A stretch of 64,000 nt of DNA from Styela clava (GCF_964204865.1 NC_135264.1:13206001-13270000); one strand, 5' to 3'. Counted from the stretch's first letter, positions 50,701 to 64,000 are shown. The notes: generated by a model from the letters alone, not told the origin. Numbers and translations: made by a program.

Positions 50701-53700
50701 ATTCAGTAGCCCACTAAAAATTTGAATAAAAAATGATGCAATTCAGTAAATGATACCGATTCTGAATACATTCTGAAACAAAAGAGCAATGCTCAAATAT
50801 ATGAACAAGTGGGCCAAAACGAAGTAGCATCGAATCTTTTATAGTATCTGTAGCCAACATATCACCGAGATGTGATCACGGAACCACGGCACGGCACACA
50901 ATTTTTTTAATTTTGATGTCGTCATCACACAAAACTTCGCAGTGAAAAACGAATCCATAGATCCCACAGATATTTTTAAAAGAAATGAAGTATAGCCCTC
51001 TAGCAACAACACAAGATTTAATTAACCACTGGAAATTCCAAAGCAATTGGTCCAGCAGTTGAAAAAAATGATTTTTCTCGACTCGCTTCGGCCATTGCTT
51101 AATAACAGTACAGCAAAACGGTTCACAGATTTACTTTTTGTACAAAAATCACAGAGATAGACTCAGAAACAAAAAAAATTTTAAAATAAATATTCCAACC
51201 TGCAATTGACTTATTGTCATATATTTATAGTAACGATCCCGCTGTCTTGCTTTTTCAGCTGGCATTTGAATATTCGCAAGTTTTTGCTCAAATAAAATTA
51301 TATCCGTCATTGCTTGAGATGTTTTATTTTTATCAGCACCAAGAAGTACAGTAATGTCGACCATAAACTCATGATAAGCTTTCAAGATCTGAATAGAATA
51401 AGGAATGGATTGAAAATTATGTAGGTTTATATGCAGGGATGGCCAAAACCGAATATTCCACCATTCCGAATTCATAATATTGAGGAAATATTTTCAGGCG
51501 CTCCAGAAGTGTGTGTACCAATATGGAGGTAACTAATTTTTTTCACCTACTTTACATCAAGTTGTGTAAAAGGACTCAAATCTATGGGCAGGGGCTAACA
51601 CAGACGATCCCCGAACTAGTAATAGAACTAAAATAAGGAAAATAAAATTATGGCCTAACCCTAACCCGGGACTGGTACACACACTACGGAGTACCTATTT
51701 TCGAATATGGAATATTGAATACATTCTAAATTGGGGGCAAGTTCATGTAAAAATTTTCATAAATCATTATATCTTCATGCTGATCACATCTAAAACAACA
51801 TAAATATAAAGGTCATTGTTCCATTGTATATTTTCTGTATAGCTCTCATAATTTAGCCAACATGCTATATTCATGGCCAAGCTTGGAATAATATAAGAAA
51901 AGAAGTATAATATTTTAATTCATCAATCAGTAAATATGCATGAATAAATATGAATTGAATATTTCAAATATATTCTTGTTTCGCAACATTCTTTGAATGT
52001 GAAAAGGCTATTACCAAGAAATATCGAGACACGAGTGCAAGTCATGCGTTAATAATGTGACTTAATGTCACATACATAGGAGCTAAGACGAACAAATTTG
52101 AAAGGTCAAAATTTTTGCAATGGTAAAGTATAGGAAGAAAATTTTCTGGGGCCAAGTGTAGGGAAAAAAGCTATTGATACTAAAATGGAACTATTTCTGT
52201 GCCATTCAAAATTTACCTTGTCATCAAGGGTCTTGTTTACATAAAATTTTCTTTTACTGAGACTTAGATGTCCATTGTCAACCTAAAAAAGATAAAAATG
52301 AAATTTTCATTAGTTTATAGCGAAAATTCTGTACAATCCAACAATTATTGTTTAATTAGCCGTAATCGTTATACTTATAGTCGAAAATTTTCCGCAAATT
52401 TATTCAAATGTGGCCATACTGTTCTAAAATTCAGCACGGAAAACAACCAATTCCCAAGAGAATCTTGGCAAATCAATCTAGCATTCTTGATAAAATTGAT
52501 AACAAATTACCTTTAAAAAATTCATGGCACTCTACTAGATGGTATGATAAATGTGATAGAAAAAACATAAAACCCATTAATATTTGTAAAAAATTGTTTG
52601 AATGAATTTTATACTTTTTTAATCAAATCTTCCAAAAATGGAACGAACCCTTGGAGCAAAATATGTTCTATAATATCATATCATTTACTGAATTATGAAT
52701 TATTCAACAGCACCTAGTGAATTTGTAGTGCTAATAAGTCATAATTAACATATTGATTAATTTTTACGGGGTTTAGTTATTCAGTAATTATTCATTATTA
52801 TTGAAAGGAATCTGGAAATACGTTAATAATATTTGTTTTGGGGATAAAGAAATGAATCAAATCAGATCAATGTGAATTTTGATCCAAATGTCTGAATATG
52901 AAAGCACAATTATAAATTTCTGATGAAATTTTGATTAGAAATTTTCCATTATCTACCATCTGAGTTTATTTTTAGCAAAAAAGTTCCTGTCATGCAATAG
53001 GGATGTCTAATAGGAATTGTAAACTCAAATCAAAATTTGTTAGATTCAATACTTTAAGTTCTCGATTTTAGAAATAATTTGATATTGTTCGATCAATTTT
53101 GATTTTATAAACTACGGTATATGCAGCCCTTCTTTGATAAACTGTTAATTAGGAGCGCTTCAAAAAATTTCGATACCACAATGAAAAGCCTGGGAATTCG
53201 AATGTGACAAATTCAGTTCAAGACTAACTATAACCGTTTTGGTTCCTGCCTGGATTTCTACGTAATCGATGCACATGAATCCATTAACACAAAGGGGGGA
53301 AGGGGTGGTAGTTAGTTATACCCTACACCATTCAGCCGTAAATTCATTATCTATTCTCAATATTTGTTAACAGATACTAATGAAATGATTAACATGAGCA
53401 TTTTTATCATTTTGAAAGTATAAAATGATATCAACTAGATAGGATTTACAAATTTATCCTGGGGGGAGTAAAGTCAATAAAACGACTTAATCATATGGCG
53501 AACCATGTCCTCTCGTCCGGTTACCAGTCCATGTCAGGTATGGAATTAGTTAGCCAATTATTTGTTTCAGATGCATGGACTAAATCAAGAAAAAGCAATT
53601 TCAAAACCTGAGTGAAACAAAAGAAAAATTACTTGAAGTATATTCTTATCAACATGTTTCAAGTCTGTGTCGACGCCGACAGAGAAGAAGTTAGATAATC

Positions 53701-56700
53701 CGAAGGGCTCTAATTTTCTTCGTACAGCGTTGAGGTCGAATGTCGTATTGTCCCATTCACCAAACACACTCCAACCACCAATCTGTGAAATTTGATATTT
53801 TTTTAAAAATCTAGAATAATTAACAATCCAACCAAACATGGTCCATATGAAAATCGAGCAAAATTAAACTATTTTATATGTCAATCATCCTTGTAAGGGT
53901 ATGCGATAGCCTCGTGTTGGACCTGGCTGTTTTTACATTACAAACGACTCGACACTTGCCCAAAAAATTTGAGTCAAAAATACTACGGTAATCGAACAAT
54001 AATTCAGAGCTCGAACAAACGAGCCGAGCGAGCAGCCAGGTGAGCAGGATAACGTGTATTGAGAAATTTTCGTTATTTAGTGCTATTTGTTAAATTTTTG
54101 CCGGTGGTCTTGGGTACAAGGAAAGCAGTAATAAGACTAAGAGAAAGGAGGGTATGTTCGAATACCAAGGTATCTCACTAGTTTCTTCCATTGTCATGAC
54201 TGCTTATACAAGGCTTTGTTCAGAGAGAAAGGCTTATAAAACCATCATAATAAGCTAACCTTTTTAACGAGCTTCAAAAGTGGTTCAATACCATAATCAT
54301 TGATTGCAGTTAAATTCAAACAGGTTTTATAGAAAATTTTTGCTTTCCGTTCTGCAGAATCCTTAGTGTTGTTTTTGATTTCTTCTTCTGTAAAAACAAT
54401 TTCAAACACACATGGCAGAATTTTCATCTTATAATAGAGCTAAAGCAAAAATTTCCCACCGAAGTGCTGTCACGAAAATTAGGTTTTGTTAAATGCAATA
54501 AAACAAGTCTAAAATTTTTTCAAGTAGGCCTACCGTATTGTTATCTAAAGCGATTTCCTATGAATTGAAATTATAAATTTATTCAATTTCATTTTAGTGC
54601 AAATTCTGGGGCAATTCCAGTGAATTGTTCTAAAGGCAAATGAGCTTTCTATGTTTTCAGAAGGATATTCTTGCTATAGTATACCGGTGTCTTATGCAAA
54701 AAAAAATCAACTAATACGAAAATCAATGACAGAAAAGGAGTCATTGAAGTGGAACAATTAGAACGGTATAGTCTGAATTGAAAGTTTGGCATGTTTTCAA
54801 GGTGTCGAAGTCATATTTTCAAACCCCCCAAGGGGTCGGGGAGTAAAAATTTTAAATTAAGTCTGCAGAGTCAAAAATCCAGAACTACAATGGCAATAAA
54901 AAAGTCAACATCTTGCATTTCAAATATCATTCATTAAATAAATATTCTAATCCACATGCTAATCAAGAAATATATTCATCAGATTACCTAATAAATTTTT
55001 AAGATCCATTTGTATGCTTTTCTTTTGAATACTGAAAGTGTCCCAGTATGCATGTCCTGATGGAAGAGGATTTTTCTTTTCCCAACCACCACAAGAAAAC
55101 TCGTAAAAATCATCACACGGATTAACAGTTTCATCCATAGAACTTGCAAGCATACTTGCAACTTCAACACAAGCCCTTGTTGTGCATGTTGGTGGTTCTA
55201 GGGAAAAAATATGTGCAAATATAAGTCAAGTTTGAATTTTAAAATTAAAAAAAAAGTTGCCAAACTAAGGAGTCCGCTTTATAAATACGCATCGCATAAC
55301 TCTGACCGCACTAATACTCTTCTGCAACCATTTTCTATGATAGGTGTGTATTTGCGGGTTCAGCAAAGAAGCATGGAAGTGATGGAATTTAAATAATAGC
55401 CTACTTATTAAATAAATAAAATTAAAAATTGAGAAAAAGGGAGAGGCTGTTTCCCTTTTGTCTTTGAATACTAGAAATAAAATTCTTCTGCAAAGTGGTA
55501 ATATTGCATGTCCATCTGCTTGGAATGGAAGCTGAATAAACATGGTTACACTGTTATATTGTATTTTACATAAAAGAACTAGTCACATCACACTTGATTG
55601 TGTCTTGTCAAGCTAGCCTAAAAATCGTACCGCTGTCTGTGTAGCAACCCAACACCAATAGCCTTCTACGAAAGAGGCCATTCAAATTGCAATTGGGACT
55701 ATATGCCCATCTCACACCTGCAGCGTGACCCAAAAATGGTACCCATAGAATATGTTCAAAATATGATCTGGGTTCCACTTTTGGCAGCATAATAGCCTTC
55801 TACAGAGGAGATCATTAATGGTGATTGCGGCCATATATTAATTAATCTCTTCTTAATCTACTGTATGTAAAACAGCCCAATTGCCCTCTACATAAGAGGC
55901 CATTTAATTAAATGGGGATTGGGAATATATTGAACTCCCAACGCACATGTCTATTTTATAATAAATAAGGACTTTGTTTTAATAAAATTGACCACCTCGA
56001 ATCTCTGCCATTTGATTTTTTTTGGGTGGCAAAGGTCAAGGTGAATCAGTCTTTTTTGTTTCGTTGGAGCAATGATTTCAAAATGCAAACTGGCATAATA
56101 CGTGTTTCTAATTGTGTGTGAACACTCAGCAAACTGTCTGAGTGGTGGATGTTTGGAAGGAACCATTACACTAAAAAAATCATTGCAAGTGCTAAGTATT
56201 CGAGATTTGATTCAAAAAAAATATTCGATTCGATTCTGAAATCATCTGGTATTAGAAAATGCCCAGCCCTACCTAGTTTTTCAAGAAGAATAACAAAATT
56301 CAAAGTGGGATAAACAACAAAATTGGTTTCAATAACATATTGTTGAACAGAAATGCTTCAAACAAATATGACCAACTAATTATTGATTATTAAAGGAAAC
56401 TCTACATTTCCCTCTGAATCCGTACATTGGGGAAATGAGACAACATCAATTACCTGTTTCTTATTTAGATCAATGAGATGAAATTGAAAACTAATGGCAT
56501 GAAACTAAATTGTTGGTACTAAAATTAGATTTGAAGAATACAATAAACAATTAGATTCGAACTCCTTTGTAAATTAAATCAGGTACAGATGGATGTTGTA
56601 CGTACACAAATGTGATTTTGAGGGTCCTGAGTTTAATAATCAAATAAAATATGTAATTGTAACTAAACATTTTATTGTGAATTCAAAGTGTTTTGAAAAA

Positions 56701-59700
56701 AATAAAATTTGAGATATCTGCATTAATAACATCAAACACATTCAATATTAACAAAATCAAGATCCCAAATGGACACAAAAATGCATTTTTACTTTTCAAA
56801 CTTTGGTGCAGCCTTCATTTCAGCTCAATGAGGGGAATAACAAGATTTTTTGAATGATTTTAATCTATTTTGTAATAAATTCTGTTTATCTGCAACTGCA
56901 ATGGTAAAATCGAAACTTGCAGACAAGTTCGTTGCACAACTTCATGAATTATTAAAATGTGTGGAGGAATTATAATAAATTTTGCACAAATTTCATCACT
57001 GAAGTGAATTTAACAAACCTTCCAGCTAATGCAATGAATAAACCTAACCAAAGCCATACACAATTCAAAGAAAACCTATATCTGTTATTACTGAACTTTC
57101 TTAAAATTTGGAAGCAATTAGAATAAAAAAATAATTTTTCCCTGCGCAGCAACAAAATTAAGTCATAAGCCCACATATTTCCAAAAACCATGCTATTCCA
57201 ACGAATATAAATAAATAAACATACAAACCAATACTATTTTATCAAATTACTTATTCAACATAGCCTACCTATTGGTCCCGCTTGCCATGTTACAGACACA
57301 AAAATTGCAAGGATGATCCCAAATAAGGTGGTCAAGCATAAGAGAAATAATTCACGTCCTGTGAACTTTCTGCAATGCAGCCATCTACAATATCGGTGAC
57401 AGCAACTACAAGGTCCATATTTTCGTGGCTGTTTCCAAAACCCAACCTAGATTTGTAGAAGAATATTCGAGATTATAAAATGACAAAGCTTTAAATAATA
57501 AAAAAAAGTTTACAAATAGGCACAAATAGTGCTGTACACATCTAAAACCAATCTAAAAAATTTGTGGACCTGATGGCAAAATGCAGGGGTGTGCGACAGA
57601 CGGCCTTCGGGCCACAAGGTTCACAAGAACCACACTAAATAACTTGGCAAACCAGTTTGGGGCCCGCAGGCCTCCTGTTGCACACCCCTGCATTAAAAGG
57701 AAGTAAATTTTGACACTGTCCATGGTTTGGTACATGAATGTCTGATTTTATATTCTATTCTAAATTTATATTCTATATTATTTTGCATTCCTAAAAAATC
57801 ACTAACGTTTAACACTCCAAAACACAAACACACTCAATACAATACAACCGAAAACCTATTTTTGGACAATTTACGGTAATTGAAGTAGAAAGAATATATA
57901 ATGCTATCGTACATTTCTCTCTATTTCATCTAGTCCAGCAGTAGATGAAGTATCCTGTGCTCCATCTGAGTCCAGATCATTCATTTCATGATAAACAACG
58001 TTTGTGTCTTCGCATTGTGCCATATCTGTCCGATCACTACTTGGGGAACCATTCTGATAAAAAAAAGATACTAAAAAATAGCTATTACGCACAAAATCTA
58101 GAAAATACCTAAAATGCTGCTAAGAATAATAATGATAATACACACACGACGTGACACGTGTAATCAAAAAAGATAAAGCCTCGGATTTTAGATAATCAAA
58201 AGAAGGATCTTTTACATAAAGATTCGATTGTGAAATTCCACTAGCAGGAAAAATACATTTACATAATTATAGGGTTTGTATTTTTTTATTTCAGAAAATG
58301 AGGAGTACTCAATGACGCCTGATTGATAAATAACTGATTTCTTATACTTTATTTAAAATTTTAAAAAAATGGAACCATCGAAAATTTTGTTTTGACATAA
58401 ATTTTTGGCAACAGATATGGTAGGAAAAAAGTCAATGGTTTGAAATATTCACTGTCTAATGATCATAAAACACATTGTTCTACATTAATATCAAACACAT
58501 TCACTAATTGTTAGTAAGAAAGTGATGTCAAGCTATGCAAGTGCATGAACCTTTCTGCTTAAATTGAAAAAATAGGCTGGTAGTCATTTCAAAAATTTAA
58601 GTAGGCTATTGAGAATTGTAGTTTTGGACAAAATATAGTCAGCCATGAATTTAGCGATAACTAAAAAAGTATTAGCCAAAATCAGGTTAAATATGTTTAA
58701 TTATTAAGTTGATATGATAGTGTGTTGAAACATGTATTCAAACAGTAGTGCACGGAAATTGACATATGTTAGCATGCTGAATTAAACAATGAAAATCTGA
58801 GGACAAACCAGCATAACAGGCTAACTGAAAGCCAATCAAAAATACTGTTTATAAATTTTTAAACAAAATTAGATACCTGAGCAAAGGAAATTATAAAATA
58901 GAACACATATTGATTAAATTCAGGTAGGCTTCACTTCAAAGAAAGATTTATTTACCAATCAATGTTATATCTCAAACTTACCATATTATTTAGGAAAATA
59001 ATATCCACAATGCAGCAACAAAAAGATAAGAAGATATTAAGGTACTATACCGATATGGCTACAACGCTAAATTTCATTTTTGAACACGTAGTGGACATAA
59101 CGATCGTTTCAATATTATGTTGTTGTTGTTGTTGTTGTTCTTTGACACGTTTTTAAAAAGTCGCTTTTCTCTTCGAATACTGCACCAATTGCTTTGAAAT
59201 TTTCAGTGGTTAAAGATAGAAATTTTCTCCAGAAGGCTATTACTTTTTTTTTCGCTATGACGTCATCAAAATTATGTGACTCTACGTGTCCATATATTTG
59301 AGCATAGCTCTCTTGTTCTTACGGCGCTTATAAATGCTTTTTACTCCACGAATGTTCGATTTTAACTGTGTTGGCTTGACAAATGACACACCTGGGTCCA
59401 AATCCCCTAATCACTCAGGATATAATAAATTAGGTCTTTCCAATTAAAAGTATCTCCTAACATATCGTGAGATATCATTCGCTTCCTGTATAGGGCCTTT
59501 TTCAGAGCAAAATCCGTGAGAAAAAGGGCTATATAAGAAAATTTAAGGATAGTACCAATAATCAAGAAGATTTGAGGAAAAAAAGGATATGATTTTTTTC
59601 CAAACATGATTCGAGTATCCTACATTTAAACCATGCAAAAGATTGAATCACACAAGACAAAGCTTCTAATACCAATTGCCAATATAAAAAAAACACTTGT

Positions 59701-60436
59701 AAGCTGCAATTCAAACTACGTTATATACCCTGTCCTCGTAAAAATCTGAAAGGAGCTCAACTTCAGACATTGCTACTTTTCAATGTTTCATCGATTGACT
59801 CAATTAATTTGTATTATTCAGTTATTCATATGTAAGACATGTGAAATGAAGTCAAACTGAAAATAAAAATTTCTTAGATAGGAATATATGAAATAGTTAC
59901 TTCTGTACTTTGAAATTGATGAAATTATTTCAAAAACAATCTTCCTACACACAGACACACCACACAATACCGTACAATAATAGCTTAAAAATGAACATTA
60001 TGTATTATCATGTCTGTGCTCCACCACAGTTGGTTTTTCTTAGAATTCGTTCATAATAGGTTAGGATTTATTGGACGATGAAAAACAATCTTAACCTATT
60101 GCTACTGCTGTACTGCAGTACTGACCTATTCATTATACTGTTATAAAAGAAAATTAGTTAATTAACATAACAAGATATGCCTTGTAGACTGTCCAGAACC
60201 CATGTCTGGTTCGAAAGTTATACAAAAATTCATTGCTATAACTTACATCTGTAAGGCTATCTGTATATCAGTACCGTATACGGTTAAAAAGCGCTTCAAA
60301 ATACAGTACCGGTACGTACCTTAGTTTACTATGAAACGACAGTCAAAACTCATTTAATAGAAAAAGAAAGACTCACTTCGGTTTGTTCGACTGCAGCATA
60401 TTTGCATTCACTTTGTATAGAAGAATATGATGGCAT
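44754..60436 (-). CDS. Endothelin-converting enzyme / neprilysin-like M13 zinc metallopeptidase (type II membrane), about 20 exons
   Basis: Exon 1 at 60436-60377 ([20 protein letters not shown]); TM exon at about 57447-57270; [14 protein letters not shown] (about 55120); LNAYY (about 47720); [12 protein letters not shown] (about 47500-47528); GENIADNGG (about 45660); final exon HSP..RV.G..CSVW* ending at 44754. Confidence 0.95.
45821..46059. mobile_element. hAT-like MITE, TAG(T/G)G(A/C)TGGGC family (fragments at about 12845-12915 and 56197-56271)
   Basis: TIRs TAGTGATGAGCATTTT/AAAATGCCCAGCACTA and subterminal CGAAT repeats. Confidence 0.6.
46421..46624. mobile_element. Merlin-like MITE, family B
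   Basis: GGTGACCGTAC...GTACGGGAACC; 9-bp TSD TTGGAAACG. Confidence 0.85.
48041..48375 (+). mobile_element. Near full-length tRNA-derived SINE
   Basis: A-box TGGCTCATTGTG and B-box GGTTCGAATC; 3' body shared with at least 7 other copies in the window; internal duplication of about 28 bp. Confidence 0.75.
49423..49658. mobile_element. Merlin-like MITE, family A, nested in an older GGCCCG-type MITE
   Basis: GGTACTCT...GGAGCACC; perfect TSD CAAATTTT. Confidence 0.85.
51497..51695. mobile_element. Merlin-like MITE, family A, nested in a CAGGGATGG-type MITE
   Basis: GGCGCTCC...GGAGTACC; TSD TATTTTCA/TATTTTCG. Confidence 0.75.
57584..57690. mobile_element. Short hAT-like MITE
   Basis: TIRs CAGGGGTGTGC/GCACACCCCTG with GGCCCG subterminal motifs. 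Confidence 0.65.
59080..59317 (+). mobile_element. Helentron-associated element, copy 3 (ECE intron 1)
   Basis: Starts T-GAACACGTAG, contains (TTG)n, ends CTACGTGTCCA..GAGCATAGCTCTCTTGTT. Confidence 0.85.
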
Positions 60437-60760
60437 CACATCACACTACATCAGAAATTATCGATCGACACCAACTCCCGACTGAATAAAAAACCCCAAT
60501 GGAGAATGGAGAAATATCAAATGAAGATCTGCAAACGATTGAATAACAATAACTCTGTGCTCCCACATAGTGGCAATGGGACAGTATAATTTATAAGTAT
60601 AATTTATTTCGACTCCATAATCATCATAAAAGACGATAAAATAAAGGATACCGATAAGGTAAAACTGAGGCGAGCAAATAAAAACCTAAGTTAGTCATAA
60701 AACGTACGAATTTAAATTTTCACACTCATGCACTGCTTTAACAATGATTCGATCTCTACG

Positions 60761-60920
60761 CCTAATAAGCAACAGATTATTACAATGTTACAAATATCAG
60801 TTATAAACACATGGCCATGTTAAATATCCTCACCAGTCGCCCTTCCCTAATAAGCAACACATTACATTGTTATAAACTTCAGTACTATAAACACCTGGTC
60901 AGATTAAATCTCCTCACCAG
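60761..60920. repeat. Tandem duplication (two units of about 80 bp) upstream of the ECE-like gene
   Basis: CCTAATAAGCAACA..ATTACA.TGTTA.AAA..TCAGT..TATAAACAC.TGG..TTAAAT.TCCTCACCAG occurs twice. Confidence 0.7.
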
Positions 60921-61547
60921 GCCCTGCAGTATCCTTCGACGAAACCATCCGAGCTACCCCGCGTAGTTTAATCAGCGCGTATGAAATTTAGGTTTCAAGC
61001 CATGTTGCTTGGAAATGAGTTTTCTTTGTATCGAACTAAATGACAGCAGGTTTCCTTATTTTAGAAAACTTATATCTTCATAGCATGATAAGCATATTGA
61101 AATAAACTCATAAGAATAACTTGATCGTCATATTTAATTAAATAGGAATAATGGTGAGGTGAGTGAACACGTACCACTTCTTTTTGGCAAAACCTTCCAT
61201 CTTATATACATTCTGTACGTTTTAAACCTTGTCTGAGGTTTTGTTTGCTCTCCTGATTTCATGATCAGTTTTTATTCGTTTGTTTTTCAATCATTTTATT
61301 GTTATGCTGGTTATAGAGTCGAAATAAAGTTATACTTATGCACGCCACTACATTTAACATGACCCTCTAAATATAATTCTTATAAATAACTTTGAAAAGG
61401 CCAAATACAACGCTAGTCGTCAGTTGCGGAGCACGTTACAAGTTTAAAACAAAAAGAGGTTCGCCGATTATCACATTTCTATGTACTGGGGTTCACTCGA
61501 GCCCCCGAATCCCCACAAGGCAACCCCAGCCAGATCCTTGTAGTTAT

Positions 61548-64000
61548 CAGTGGCGGCGCGTGGTCATTTTGACAACCGGGGCAAGCTACTGCGGGACCAA
61601 GTCACCCCCATCTACGGGGACAGGATGAGCGCTGTAAGTTCTCCCATCATTTTATGAGTATAAAAACCATTCCATCGGTAACAACCAATCGGCAAAAGCG
61701 ATAATTTTTAACGATAAGTGTCTTTAAAACCGGTCCAAGTCAAGGGATTAATAAATATAGACATAGTTTATTTTGAAACCTCTTTCAAAAGGAAAGGAAA
61801 TATTTACCCAGACAAATACAATGACATATTAACAGAAACTTCGGGAAAGCAGACAAAACCTAAAATAAGGTTTAAAACGTTACTATAAAGAAAGGAAAGC
61901 TAATGCAAAGATAAGGACATGCGTCGCTCACTCATAGATATATATGCTGCTAGACTTCTACTGCTTGAACATATATGCAACACGCCGCGGTTTCTTGGAA
62001 GCAAAATGCTCAATAACGCGCTGATTAAAGTCATGCATCCCAGAAATAACGTCTCTGTGAATGGATAAAACAGCCAAGGAATTTAATCTATCTTGCTTCA
62101 TTGTGTTTCTGAGATACGTTTTAATACGCTTCAGCGTGCTGAATGTTCGCTCTGCGTCGGCGGAAGAAATAGGCGTCGTCAAAATGATGTCCAGAAATTT
62201 TGCAGACGCCGCAAAGGTAGTTAGTTACTAGAGTGTTATCTATGAGGAACCCATAGAGCGCGCAAGTTGATGTGATGTTCAAAAAAGTTTGATTGGTGTA
62301 TATACATCGCAATTCATTTTCCAATTTACCCACGTTTATCACGGGGTAAAATTTGGAGACAGTAGCCAACAAATGGATGGGAAATTGACGTGCAAATTTT
62401 GAAAAATTTTTGGGGTTCATCAAAGAGAACGCTGTAAGGTGTTCAGTGCGCAGACGATCGCCTATTTGATTCACCAGAATGTCACAGCATTCCTTTGCAG
62501 ACAAAATCAAACGCTGCGTTGTTTGCCCGCGGCGTAAAGAAGCACTCCATGTGTCGTCGTATTTTATTGTTTCCCGGATACGAGATACAGCATCGCAGAA
62601 GTCTGAAATACGCGACTGCACAGACGCTCCATCCATTAGTCTTGACTGCAATGCGCCGTATAATACATCCACGTGATAGAATATTGTGGAGAAAAAAGCG
62701 AGAAAAAATGAAAACTCACCATCTTCTAGCAGACGCTTTAGACCTGCTGCCTCCCTCACAGAGCGTTCGTCCCAAACCGGAGAGCTCTGAATGCCATTGA
62801 AACACTCAATGAGCTCAGACCTAATTTCGGACACGCCCTGCACCACGCGTGATTGGAAGTTCCAACGCGTTGGTGCACAAGCTGGGAGACGGCGGCTACA
62901 TATCTGGCGAAGGAGGTCAGAGCGCTTCGGCGAAACGGAAAAAAATGAAGAAAACCCCGAAACATTTGCAAAAAATATACGGACGAGAGGGGTATCAAGA
63001 CACATATTTTTAATAACGAGGTTAAATTGGTGTGCATAACAATGTAAAAAATGCGCATGAGGAAAATCTTCTTTTATATAAACTTGAACACCATGTTTCG
63101 ACCCATTCATGACTGCCGCGCCGTCATAAGTTTGAGCTATCAATTTTGACTTCGCGTTGTAAGGCTGTAACACTTCTTTCAGTACAGCCGATATCCCGCA
63201 AGCCGTGCGATCAACGATTGGTACAAAGCTGTGAAATCTCTCGGTAGGTTTACCATCTTTCACAAACTGAAAAATCACAGCCAGTTGGGAAACGCACGTG
63301 ATGTCAGTTGTCTCGTCAGACTGAATCGAAAGGAACTGGCAATTCTCAATTTCCAGAGCCAAATGTTGTAAATAAATTTTATACATTGAGTCGAGCAAAT
63401 CATTTTGGATATCCTTAGATGTCCCTTTCGAAACAGTTGCGGCATCAAGATGATCTCTCAATACTGTATCTAGGGATGCGGTGTATTCCACCATATCCAA
63501 AAATACCCCTCTATTAGAAGAGCCAGCCCGTTCATCGTGCCCACGGAGGGACAGCTCGTGACAACCAATGAACTTCAAAACATCTATCAATCGACCGAGA
63601 ACATGGCGGTTTTTCTCGACATTTTGGTTGTGCCGACGAATAGAAACCGCGCGTCCTTCATCCAACTGTGCTGCAATATTAACATTTCCGAATGTTCGGT
63701 ATTTTACTGCATTGTCCAGATGCTCCATAGAAGATTGATGATCCCTGGCACGCTCGGAAAGATGTTTAAGATCTCTAAAACCAAATTTACACCAACGTGA
63801 GTCACGGGCGGTAGCAAAAAGTAGGCAATAAAAACAAAAAAGTGCATTTGTGTCCTCGCTGTAACACAACCATTCTTGTTTTTTATACCAAGTTTCTGCG
63901 CAGAATGTACGCCGACGCTTTCCTCCGTCATGGGATTGTTCCAGTGAACAATTTTTTGGTTGATAAGGCCCAAGACGTTGTCTCTCTAATTTTTGTTCCG
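61548..64000 (-). mobile_element. hAT DNA transposon, truncated by the window edge
   Basis: Terminus CAGTGGCGGCGCGTGG at 61548; GC-richer than the flanks; encodes a transposase. Confidence 0.9.
61958..64000 (-). pseudogene. hAT transposase (ZMYM1-like; TTF-type zinc finger, DUF4371, hATC dimerisation) with one frameshift
   Basis: Frame is open from the window edge through WLCYS..CFYC, DETTD, YDGA, HCYAH and TRW. A 4-bp duplication at about 62218-62228 shifts the frame before PISSADAERTFSTLKRIKTYLR; stop at 61958. Confidence 0.9.

Noticed and set aside
63870-63890. Second frameshift in the hAT transposase N-terminus
   Set aside because: On recount the A6 run keeps the frame (WYKKQEWLCYS), which is open to the window edge.
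1-64000. CRISPR arrays or prokaryotic defence systems
   Set aside because: The sequence is spliceosomal eukaryotic DNA with no regularly spaced repeat-spacer structure and no cas-like ORFs.

Overview
This is AT-rich, compact, intron-containing eukaryotic DNA. It is most plausibly an invertebrate chordate such as an ascidian, inferred from gene content, short introns and mosaic CpG depletion; this is not proven. From left to right it contains: (1) a nested tandem array (about 340-5370) of duplicated, mostly decayed minus-strand 5' exon/intron modules from an unidentified gene that runs off the left edge; (2) a 3-exon ABHD1/3-like alpha/beta hydrolase; (3) two tandem intronless Not-like (NKL) homeobox genes; (4) a 13-exon DCST1-like gene with a large charged insertion; (5) TMEM11 (-); (6) tRNA-Ser(GCT); (7) a 14-exon SLC26 anion transporter; (8) an about 20-exon ECE/neprilysin (M13) peptidase (-); and (9) a young hAT transposon, cut by the right edge, carrying a single 4-bp frameshift. 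Introns and intergenic DNA hold tRNA-derived SINEs, Helentron-type non-autonomous elements, Merlin-like MITEs (GG..CC ends, 8-9 bp TSDs) and hAT MITEs, several nested. No prokaryote-type systems such as CRISPR are present. Exon boundaries were read by eye and may be off by a few bases.
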